In this document: piece after piece, positions 56,403 to 64,000 of the stretch
Layout: every line of letters begins with the position of its first letter
How positions within the stretch are numbered: position 1 is the stretch's first letter
Source: Betaproteobacteria bacterium
Lineage (GTDB): Bacteria > Pseudomonadota > Gammaproteobacteria > Burkholderiales > SG8-41
Length of the DNA stretch: 64,000 nucleotides
Reading direction: 5' to 3'
NCBI GenBank assembly: GCA_028292435.1
Contig: JAQGMI010000106.1
Location: 23,974 to 87,973 of the forward strand
Notes under the pieces: model-generated
Seen by the model: the letters and a program-made list of their open reading frames with translations, nothing else
Told to the model about the DNA's origin: nothing
Database searches by the model: none
Position numbers and translations under genes: made by a program

Positions 56403-58001
56403 TTAAAAATGTCTGGATGCAGTGACCGGTTTCACTGCCGGATCTAGCTTCAATTCAAGCAAGGTATTCGCTTTCACCTTGCCTTTGAGCCCGGCGAGAA
56501 AAGCGCCCAACTCGGTTTCGTTCGCAGCCCTCGCATATTTCCAGGCATAAAGCGTCGCGAGGCCGCTGAAGTCGATGACCGGCGGCTCGATCGTGAATAG
56601 ATCGAGCGGCTTGCCGGTTAAGCGGCTCGCGGCTTCATTAAGCGTTGCATAGCGCCGATTCGACAGAACGATCAGCAGCAATTTCGCACCCTGGTGCGCG
56701 GCCGTCCACAGCGCTTCGCTCGCGTAGAGCGCTGAACCGTCGCCGATGATAGCGACGACCTGGCGTCCACGATTGCCGACGGCCGCGCCAACGGATGCAG
56801 CCAGTCCCCAGCCGATGCCGCCGCTGCCGTTAATCAGGTATTCGCCTGCCGGCAGTTTCATCCATTGCCGCACGTCGGATGTCGAGAGTCCCGATTCATC
56901 AAACCAGATGGCGTCGGGACACGCTTTGAGCAGCGCCTGCACGGCGCGCGACGGATGAAACACATTGGCCTGCACTGCGGGCAACGCGACTTGCGGGCGC
57001 TGTGGTTTGATTGCCGGCCGCTGGGCGTCGATTGCCCGCGTGATTGCGTTGAGTGCGGAGGCGGTATCGGTGACAGTTGCCAATTCGAATTCACCATCGA
57101 CTGCACGCGCGCTCGAATTGTTGCCGATCCAGATTTTGGTTTGCGGCAGTTTGGCTTCGCTGTAGAGCGTCGTGCGCAATCCCGTGCCGCCGACGAAGAA
57201 CAAGAGGTCATGCGGCGCGAGGCGCTCCGAAATCTGCTTAAAGCTCGGCGGCAGATAGCCTGCGTAGCACGGTGATGCGCTGTTGATGGGCAGGGCGGCG
57301 GTATACGGCGCGACGTAAACGGGTGCCGCGAGCATGCGGGCAAGCTTGTCGAGGGCGCCGCCGGCCTTGTTCCAATGAACATCTTCGGCCGCGATAAAAG
57401 CGGCGCGCTTCGCCCGGGCAAGCAGGCGCGCGTAGTTTTTCGCTTCGCTTGCGGTTAACGCGGCAAGCGCCGCTGCCTTGACCTTTTGAGGCTTGGCGTC
57501 GATATCCTCTTCGAGCAGATCCGGCGGACAGATCAACGCTACCGGCGCGAACGGCGGCGTCAGCACCGTGCGCAGCGCGTTGCGTATATTGGCGGCGGCA
57601 TCCGAGCGCGTGTTCAGGCCGAACACTGCTTTACATACGGAGCCCGCCATTTTTTCGAGTGGTCCCCACAGGATCGGTTGCGTGTGCAAGAAGCGGCGGT
57701 CCTGGCCGCCGATCAGCACGAGCAGCGGTGTTTGCGCGATGCCCGCGGTATAGAGGCCGCCCATGCCGTTGCCGAGCCCGGGTGCAACGTGCAGATTGAC
57801 GGCGCCGAGCGAGCGATTTGCGCGCGCATAGCCGTCCGCCATCGGCACCGCGGCGACCTCGGATAGCGCGACGACATACTTGAGGCCGCGCCGCCGCTCG
57901 CACATCCGTACGAGCGGAATTTCTGTGGTGCCGGGATTACCGAAGATATGGCTGACGCCATTGGCCTCGAGTGTCTGCAGCAGCAGTTCAGCGATTTTCA
58001 T
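56403..58001 (-). CDS. ThDP-dependent enzyme, benzoylformate decarboxylase-like
   Basis: FGNPGTTE, MADGYAR, NLHVAPGLGN, GGIGWG, GDGS...N ThDP motif. Confidence 0.88.
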   Translation of the reverse strand: MKIAELLLQTLEANGVSHIFGNPGTTEIPLVRMCERRRGLKYVVALSEVAAVPMADGYARANRSLGAVNLHVAPGLGNGMGGLYTAGIAQTPLLVLIGGQDRRFLHTQPILWGPLEKMAGSVCKAVFGLNTRSDAAANIRNALRTVLTPPFAPVALICPPDLLEEDIDAKPQKVKAAALAALTASEAKNYARLLARAKRAAFIAAEDVHWNKAGGALDKLARMLAAPVYVAPYTAALPINSASPCYAGYLPPSFKQISERLAPHDLLFFVGGTGLRTTLYSEAKLPQTKIWIGNNSSARAVDGEFELATVTDTASALNAITRAIDAQRPAIKPQRPQVALPAVQANVFHPSRAVQALLKACPDAIWFDESGLSTSDVRQWMKLPAGEYLINGSGGIGWGLAASVGAAVGNRGRQVVAIIGDGSALYASEALWTAAHQGAKLLLIVLSNRRYATLNEAASRLTGKPLDLFTIEPPVIDFSGLATLYAWKYARAANETELGAFLAGLKGKVKANTLLELKLDPAVKPVTASRHF

Positions 58002-58153
58002 GGATATTCATATGCCATGATGCTGACGGTATTGCAAGGCGCGGGATGACGGCGTACCGAGGGTTTACTCAACGCGCAGATTGTTGTCGCGCGTGTCTTC
58101 AACTGCTTCCTCCTGCTTCGGCCTTTGCTTTGGCGAAGTGCCGATGGTATCGA

Positions 58154-58801
58154 CTACGGTTTGGTTTGGGTCGGCAGCACGAGCTGGCACATACTGCGCC
58201 GCGTGTTCTGGAACAGCGAGCGCATTTTGGCCGTCCACGCCGTTTTGCGCGCCGTAAGCCCCGCGGGACTTTCGAACGCATCTTTGTCGGTCAGCTCGTA
58301 GGCGGTCAGGTATCTCGGATTGCCAGTGACTGCGGCATAACGGCGGGCCCGCACGACACCCGGCACGGTAACCAGTCGCGGCAAATGCTCATTGTCGTAC
58401 CACTCGTTGTATTCGTCGACGATGTGGTCGGGAATATCCGTATGCACGATGTAGAGCCACGGCGTATCTGTCGGGGGCTTCTCGCCGACGTCGCGCATCA
58501 ATTTGAAATTCATGCGCTCGCGATCGTTGCCGTACAAGGTGCGCATCCGCCGCGACCACGGCGTCGGATTGGCGACGATATCCTGAAAGGCGGGGCCCGG
58601 CTCGAATTGTTCGTCGGCGACGTCGTACCAAGCCAGATATTTCGGCTTCGCGTTTTCAACCATATAGCGTCGCGCGCCGACAACGCCCGGCAGCCCGATC
58701 ATCTGGTTGATGTGCTCGAGGTTGTACCAGGCGTTGAATTCTTCTTCGCGTTCAGCTGCAACATGCAGCCAGACGGTGACGAGGCCTTGCGCGTCGGTCA
58801 T
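58154..58801 (-). CDS. Tandem DUF4286/EthD-like dimeric alpha-beta barrel protein
   Basis: Duplicated E[FY]N.WY..EH...PGV..ARRY...YL..Y module. Confidence 0.75.
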   Translation of the reverse strand: MTDAQGLVTVWLHVAAEREEEFNAWYNLEHINQMIGLPGVVGARRYMVENAKPKYLAWYDVADEQFEPGPAFQDIVANPTPWSRRMRTLYGNDRERMNFKLMRDVGEKPPTDTPWLYIVHTDIPDHIVDEYNEWYDNEHLPRLVTVPGVVRARRYAAVTGNPRYLTAYELTDKDAFESPAGLTARKTAWTAKMRSLFQNTRRSMCQLVLPTQTKP

Positions 58802-58813
58802 TTATGCCGATTC

Positions 58814-59731
58814 TCAGAACGGTGCGGTGCCGCGCACGGTCGTGCGATACATCAGGCGGCGCTGCGGTAAATCGTAGTCGAAAGTGGCTTTGTGCTGCGC
58901 GGCGCAATTGTCCCACATCAGGAGGTCGCCGGCCTGCCACTGGTGGCAATAAACGAATTCCGGTTTGATGATGTGCGCGTAAAGTTCTGCGAGCAGCGCA
59001 TCACCTTCGGCTTTCGGCATGCCGGCGATGCCCGAGGTGTGCGCTTCGTTGAGGAAGAGGCCTTTGCGTTTGGTTACGGGGTGCGTGCGCACCACCGGCG
59101 TTTCGACATCCGGCACTGTTTTCAATTGCTCTTCGGTCGGCATGTGCTCCTGAATCACGCGGCCGCCGCGCGCGAGTTCTTCCTCCTGGGCCCGCGCATT
59201 CTTGTTCCGGTAGTAGCGGTAGCTGTGCACGTTCTTCAATCCTTGCAGACGTTGTTTCGTCGCTTCCGGCAATGCGGCGTAAGCGGCGGTCGTGCTGGCG
59301 AAGCTCGTGTCGCCAAGAATGCGGCCGTCCTTGATCGGTACTTCAACCGAATACAGCGCCGACAACATGCTTGGCTCGGCCTTGTAGGAAAGGTCGCTGT
59401 GCCAGAAACGACCGGCATCCTGCGAGCCGATCGCATTGCCTTTGTCGTCGAGCAGGTTGGAGACGATCAGGATTTCGGGGTGACCGGCGAGGCGGCTTTC
59501 CTTGCGCACATGTTGTTCAAGTATGCCGAAGCGGCGGGTGAATGCAACCTGCTGCGCGGGCGTCAGTTTCTGATTGCGAAAGAACACGACCTCGTTATCG
59601 AAGAAAGCTTCAGCGACGCGTGCAAACGTGTCGTCATCGAGTTCCTGCGACAGGTCGATACCGGAAATCTCGGCGCCGAGGTGTTTGCCGATACGGTTGA
59701 TCGTGAACTGGGGGCGGGTTGCAGTAAGCAT
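58814..59731 (-). CDS. TauD/TfdA family 2-oxoglutarate dioxygenase
   Basis: GAEISGIDL, WHSD (HxD), GDTSF, PVVRTHP, WDN..AQH, R.MYR; RBS GAGGAG. Confidence 0.92.
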   Translation of the reverse strand: MLTATRPQFTINRIGKHLGAEISGIDLSQELDDDTFARVAEAFFDNEVVFFRNQKLTPAQQVAFTRRFGILEQHVRKESRLAGHPEILIVSNLLDDKGNAIGSQDAGRFWHSDLSYKAEPSMLSALYSVEVPIKDGRILGDTSFASTTAAYAALPEATKQRLQGLKNVHSYRYYRNKNARAQEEELARGGRVIQEHMPTEEQLKTVPDVETPVVRTHPVTKRKGLFLNEAHTSGIAGMPKAEGDALLAELYAHIIKPEFVYCHQWQAGDLLMWDNCAAQHKATFDYDLPQRRLMYRTTVRGTAPF

Positions 59732-59849
59732 GTGAACTCCTCGTGGGAAGCGAATCGTTTTCTGATCTGGCATGCACGGTACCAGCCTTTCATCATGTAA
59801 TAAAATAATAAAACCGTATATTGCTATGTGATTAACGTATAGTGATGCC

Positions 59850-60791
59850 ATGACCCTTAAACAGCTGAGGTTCCTGCGCGAAATCTCCCGTCAGTCGCTG
59901 AACATGTCGAATGCGGCGCTCGCATTGCATACGTCACAGCCCGGCGTGAGCCGGCAATTGCAGGAGCTGGAGGGCGAGCTGGGCGTTGAGCTGCTCGTGC
60001 GCCGCAAGAATCGGGTGCTGGCAATGACGGAAGCAGGTCATGCCGTGCTCGCGGCGGCGCAGCGCATGCTCAACGAAGCCGACAATATCCGCCTGATCGC
60101 CGAGGAGCTGCGTCAGGAACGCGGCGGCAGGCTGGCGTTGGCGACCAGCCATTTGCATGCGCGCTATACGCTGCTCGCGCCGGTCAAAGCATTTACCGAA
60201 CGCCATCCCGAGGTGGAATTGCATTTGATGCAGGCCGATCCCGACGACGTGCCGCGCATGATCGAGGCGAACGAGGCCGATGTCGGCATCAGTACCGATG
60301 TCACCGGTGCCCATCCTTCGCTGGTCTTGTTACCGAGCGGCGTGCTGCGCCGGAGCGTGATCATGCCGAAAGGGCATCCGCTTTCGCGCAAGAAGAAACT
60401 GACGCTCAAGGACCTCGCGAATTACCCGATCGTCGGCTACAGCCCGCGCTCGCGCGGCGGCCAGATCATCGCCAGGACTTTTCGCGATCACCGTATCGAA
60501 GCGCGCTTCGTCGTGAGCGCGAGCGATTCGGACGTGATCAAGGCTTACGTGGAAGAAGGGCTCGGCATTGCCATTGTGCCCTCATTGGCGGTCGGCACCG
60601 TGCCGGCCAGGCTGCATGTCGCCGATGCGACGCATTTGTTTCCAAAGAGCGTCACCATCATCAGCCTGCGGCGGGATATCTATTTACGCCGCTATCTCAC
60701 CGATTTCATCCAGATGCTGGTGCCCGCACTCACGCGCGAGGCGATACACCGCGCAATGAACGCGAACGAGGGCGTCGCCGCCAAACGCTAA
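59850..60791 (+). CDS. LysR regulator, CysB/Cbl subfamily
   Basis: LHTSQPGVSRQL, ATSHLHARY, DSDVIKAYV..GLGI; divergent from the TauD-like gene. Confidence 0.88.
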   Translation: MTLKQLRFLREISRQSLNMSNAALALHTSQPGVSRQLQELEGELGVELLVRRKNRVLAMTEAGHAVLAAAQRMLNEADNIRLIAEELRQERGGRLALATSHLHARYTLLAPVKAFTERHPEVELHLMQADPDDVPRMIEANEADVGISTDVTGAHPSLVLLPSGVLRRSVIMPKGHPLSRKKKLTLKDLANYPIVGYSPRSRGGQIIARTFRDHRIEARFVVSASDSDVIKAYVEEGLGIAIVPSLAVGTVPARLHVADATHLFPKSVTIISLRRDIYLRRYLTDFIQMLVPALTREAIHRAMNANEGVAAKR

Positions 60792-60797
60792 GCGGAT

Positions 60798-61781
60798 TTA
60801 AGGCGCCAGCGATGACACGAATGCGGCGAGTGCGATCATGTCGTCCTCGGCCAGCTTATCGACCGCGGGTTTCATCTGGGCGCTGCCCGGGCCGGTGCGC
60901 CCGCCGTGCTTGAAGTCGTAGAGTTGCCGCACGATGTAACTGGGCGAACGGCCGGCAATGCCGGGTATCGGGCCCGAACCTTTAAGATCTGCGCCGTGAC
61001 AGGTTTGACACGGGACGGTCGTGCCTGCGCCGCCGGTTTTTGCGAGCGCTTCGCCCTTGGCGATGCTGCCGACTGGAACGTAAGCGCTGAATTGCGAGCG
61101 CGTGTCGCGAAGCTCGAATTGTTCGACATCGTCCGGCATTTCGACGATGCGCCGCCCGAGCGGTTCGGTGCCGCCTTCGGGAGACTTCGCGAAAAATAAG
61201 CGCGGGATAATAGTTTTCGGCACCGTATTGCTTTCAATGACTTTGATGATGCGCTTGGGCTTTAACGCCGCAAAATAGGCCGCCGCTTCTTTCACTTCGT
61301 CATCTGTCATTGCTTTTGCGGATGACGTCATGATCGCGATCGAACTTCGTTGCGGGCCGGAGAATTTTCGCGCGCCGCTCTTCATATCGGCCATTTGCTG
61401 GATAAAGTATTCGACCGGCAGGCCCGCAAGGCCGGCATTTTCCGGACCGCCGGTTCCTTCGGCGCGATGACACGAGCCGCAGGCGCGCACATCCGGCTTT
61501 CTGCCATTGGCAACAACGGGCGGCATCGGCGCATGGTCCTGCGGGTGCCAATCCGGCGCAACGAAAAGATCGCGTGCCTGAATCCAGCTGAATGTGGCGG
61601 TGCTGCCGGGCACGCGCTGCGGCACAGCGTCGGGCGCAGGAACCTTGAAGTCGGGTTCCCACGGAGCAGCCCACGCCGGAAAAATTCCGGCGGGAGCACT
61701 GGTCTGGGCAACGGCGGGAATCGCCGGCAGGAAAAACACGGCAGCTAATGCACTGGCAATGCGAATGCACGATCTGAGCAC
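60798..61781 (-). CDS. Diheme c-type cytochrome (c4/c553-like)
   Basis: Signal peptide; CGSCH and CQTCH heme motifs; AGRSPSYIVRQL; probable GTG start at 61781. Confidence 0.88.
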   Translation of the reverse strand: MLRSCIRIASALAAVFFLPAIPAVAQTSAPAGIFPAWAAPWEPDFKVPAPDAVPQRVPGSTATFSWIQARDLFVAPDWHPQDHAPMPPVVANGRKPDVRACGSCHRAEGTGGPENAGLAGLPVEYFIQQMADMKSGARKFSGPQRSSIAIMTSSAKAMTDDEVKEAAAYFAALKPKRIIKVIESNTVPKTIIPRLFFAKSPEGGTEPLGRRIVEMPDDVEQFELRDTRSQFSAYVPVGSIAKGEALAKTGGAGTTVPCQTCHGADLKGSGPIPGIAGRSPSYIVRQLYDFKHGGRTGPGSAQMKPAVDKLAEDDMIALAAFVSSLAP

Positions 61782-61912
61782 GGAGATTCCTTCACTGTTA
61801 AATGGCGGCGATTTCACGCTATTATGAGACATCCGTTCGACTGCACCTGCAGATAAAAAAATGCCGATATAACGGAATGCTAGCGGCGGGATATAAATCA
61901 GCGGAGTGAATA

Positions 61913-62080
61913 ATGACAAAGACATGGTTATCTATCGTTTCAATGGCGGCTTTGTTGGCCGGCGCGCAGCTCGGTTTGAACGCGCACGCGGCCGAGGCCC
62001 GCAAGTTGCGAGTCATGTATGACCAGGCAAAGACCGGATTCGGTTTTCCCGAGTCTGTCGTTTATGGCCCGTTTCATTAA
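61913..62080 (+). pseudogene. Truncated secreted-protein gene (55 aa; beta-propeller-like N-terminus)
   Basis: RBS GGAG; MTKTWLSIVSMAALLAGAQLGLNAHA-AEARK...TGFGFPESVVY, then stop. Confidence 0.5.
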
Positions 62081-62131
62081 ACTCGCGAAATAATCGCATC
62101 GACTAAAACAAACAAGGACAGGTCATCAAGC

Positions 62132-63070
62132 ATGAAGCACGACATCATCGTAACCGCGGCAGGACATAAAGGTACGCTCGAACGGCTGACGCAGGAGTTT
62201 TCCGCAATCAAGCTTTTTGCGGCAACTGACCGCGCCGCGGCTTTAAAGGAAGCGGCGCCGAAGGTGCGCGGCCTGGCACATAGTGGACACGCCCATGTTG
62301 ACGCGGCATTGATGGATGCGTTGCCCAAGCTGGAAATAATTGCCAACTTTGGTGTCGGGGTTAACCAGATCGATGTCGCGGCCGCGAAAGAACGTGGCAT
62401 TGTTGTAACTAACGGCGCCGGTGTATTAAATAATTGTGTTGCCGATTTCTCTATGGCGTTAGTGCTCAACACTCTGCGTAAATTGCCGCAGGCGGGCATC
62501 TACCTTCGAGCAGGACATTGGCAATCGAAGGGCACTTACGAGTTTACGACTTCGCTGGGTAGCAAAACTCTCGGTATCCTTGGACTTGGCCGTATTGGTG
62601 AAGAGATTGCGAAACGCGCTCTCGCGTTCGGCATGAAAATCCGCTATCACAATCGCAGCAAGAAAAACGTCCCCTATACGTACGACAGCGATGCCGTCAC
62701 GCTGGCAAAAAATTCGGACGTCCTGCTGGTAATCACGCCGGGTGGTGCGGAGACCGACAAGCTCGTCAATGCTGCTGTGCTCGACGCACTCGGACCGCAG
62801 GGCTATCTGATCAATGTGGCGCGCGGCTCGGTCGTGGATGAACCGGTGTTATTACGTTACTTGCAGGAAAAGAAAATTGCGGGTGCGGGGCTCGACGTCT
62901 TCGAACATGAGCCCAAAGTTCCAGCAGAGTTCTTTGCGCTCGACAACGTCGTGCTGACGCCGCACATGGCAAGCGCAACCAACGAAACGCGCACCGCGAT
63001 GGGCAACCTGCAGATCGAGAATCTGCAACTGCACTTTGCCGGCAAGCCGGTAAAGACGCCGGTGCAATAA
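62132..63070 (+). CDS. 2-hydroxyacid dehydrogenase (glyoxylate/hydroxypyruvate reductase-like)
   Basis: NFGVG, GLGRIG, INVARGSVVDE, DVFEHEP, TPHMAS. Confidence 0.92.
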   Translation: MKHDIIVTAAGHKGTLERLTQEFSAIKLFAATDRAAALKEAAPKVRGLAHSGHAHVDAALMDALPKLEIIANFGVGVNQIDVAAAKERGIVVTNGAGVLNNCVADFSMALVLNTLRKLPQAGIYLRAGHWQSKGTYEFTTSLGSKTLGILGLGRIGEEIAKRALAFGMKIRYHNRSKKNVPYTYDSDAVTLAKNSDVLLVITPGGAETDKLVNAAVLDALGPQGYLINVARGSVVDEPVLLRYLQEKKIAGAGLDVFEHEPKVPAEFFALDNVVLTPHMASATNETRTAMGNLQIENLQLHFAGKPVKTPVQ

Positions 63071-63100
63071 GCGAGGTCTGGCCGCTCGACCATCGCGATG

Positions 63101-63427
63101 CTATTCGTTACTGTCTTGCGGCCTGTCTTCACCGCTGCGCGCCCGGGCGGCGGACCAGAAAAAGCCCACTGAGATGGCGAGCGAGATTACGGCAACCGTA
63201 TAAGCGAGCGACTTGCCATGCCACAGGCTTGCGAGCCACTCGTTGAAACGCACCGCATAGAGTGTTGCCTTGCCGCCGATGCGCTCGATCTGGTTTTCAT
63301 AAGCGCGGGGATTGGCGAATTCGACCTCGCTGGCCGCATCGTCGGCAAAAACGTAAATCAGCGTCGCGGCGGCAAAGCCGCCGATGAGTATCGCCAATCC
63401 GATGTCGATGAGGCGCGCGCGCTTCAT
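63101..63427 (-). CDS. Hypothetical two-TM membrane protein
   Basis: Two hydrophobic helices around YENQIERIGGK; directly follows the ALDH gene. Confidence 0.7.
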   Translation of the reverse strand: MKRARLIDIGLAILIGGFAAATLIYVFADDAASEVEFANPRAYENQIERIGGKATLYAVRFNEWLASLWHGKSLAYTVAVISLAISVGFFWSAARARSGEDRPQDSNE

Positions 63428-63432
63428 CCGCT

Positions 63433-64000
63433 TCAGCGCATGATGAACGGATTCGGCACTTCCCGGGCGGTCGAGATCCACACGCTCTTGGTCTGCAGAT
63501 ATTCCTTGATCATTTCCTGCCCGCTTTCACGGCCGAGCCCGCTGCGCTTGTAACCGCCGAACGGCGACAGGTAGCTGACGGCGCGATACGTGTTGACCCA
63601 TACCGTGCCGGCCTGCAGTTTTTCCGCCATCAGGAACGCTCTGCGCATGTTCTGCGTCCACACGCCGGCCGCGAGTCCGAACACGACGTCGTTGCCGATG
63701 GCGATGGCTTCTTCTTCATCTTTAAACGGAATCACCGACAGCACCGGACCGAATACTTCTTCCTGCGCGATGCGCATCGAGTTCTTGACGCCGGTGAAGA
63801 TGGTCGGCTCGACGAACCAGCCGTCGCCGCATTCCGGACGCGTGGCCTTGGCGCCGCCCAACGCGGTCGTCACCCCCTCGGCTTTTGCGATATCGATGTA
63901 ACTCAGGATTTTTTTGTATTGCGGCTGATTGGTGACCGGACCGACCTGGGTCTCCATGCTCATCGGGTTGCCCATCTTGGCGGTCTTCGCAAAGGCGACG
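63433..64000 (-). CDS. Aldehyde dehydrogenase (3' part; continues beyond window)
   Basis: QEEVFGPV, FGLAAG, GTVWVN, PFGGYKRSGLGRE. Confidence 0.93.
   Translation of the reverse strand, partial: VAFAKTAKMGNPMSMETQVGPVTNQPQYKKILSYIDIAKAEGVTTALGGAKATRPECGDGWFVEPTIFTGVKNSMRIAQEEVFGPVLSVIPFKDEEEAIAIGNDVVFGLAAGVWTQNMRRAFLMAEKLQAGTVWVNTYRAVSYLSPFGGYKRSGLGRESGQEMIKEYLQTKSVWISTAREVPNPFIMR

Overview
GC-rich, gene-dense bacterial chromosome segment, most consistent with a Betaproteobacterium (Burkholderiales-like). That call rests on 11 Bug/TctC solute receptors and the serB-mfd / ispD-ispF / ompR-envZ core. All calls come from reading motifs by eye; no searches were run. The window holds core genes, a vioA/vioB-like amino-sugar plus TPR-glycosyltransferase block, the AmmeMemoRadiSam system (AmrB-AmrA fusion plus AmrS), an OmpR-box-preceded operon of small and repeat envelope proteins with DUF1800/DUF1501, an orphan DGQHR protein and many Bug-linked catabolic enzymes. 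No rRNA, tRNA, CRISPR array, transposase or integrase was recognised. Three highlights: (1) an integrase-less integron cassette array at about 37.74-39.9 kb, with a promoter, an attI-like site and two attC sites; (2) inside it, a HEPN-like gene and a two-gene cassette whose small membrane protein and partner share a RHIM-like/amyloid-type motif, a candidate signalling or defence module; (3) a selenoprotein missed by the ORF track (UGSC family, U-G-S-S variant, in-frame TGA plus SECIS-like hairpin, 48506-49111), coupled to a Cys-rich partner. Also seen: a CTG-start gene, two related unannotated small membrane ORFs, a 120-bp-period Cys-repeat gene, a 9-bp-periodic inverted-repeat element and a truncated gene remnant.
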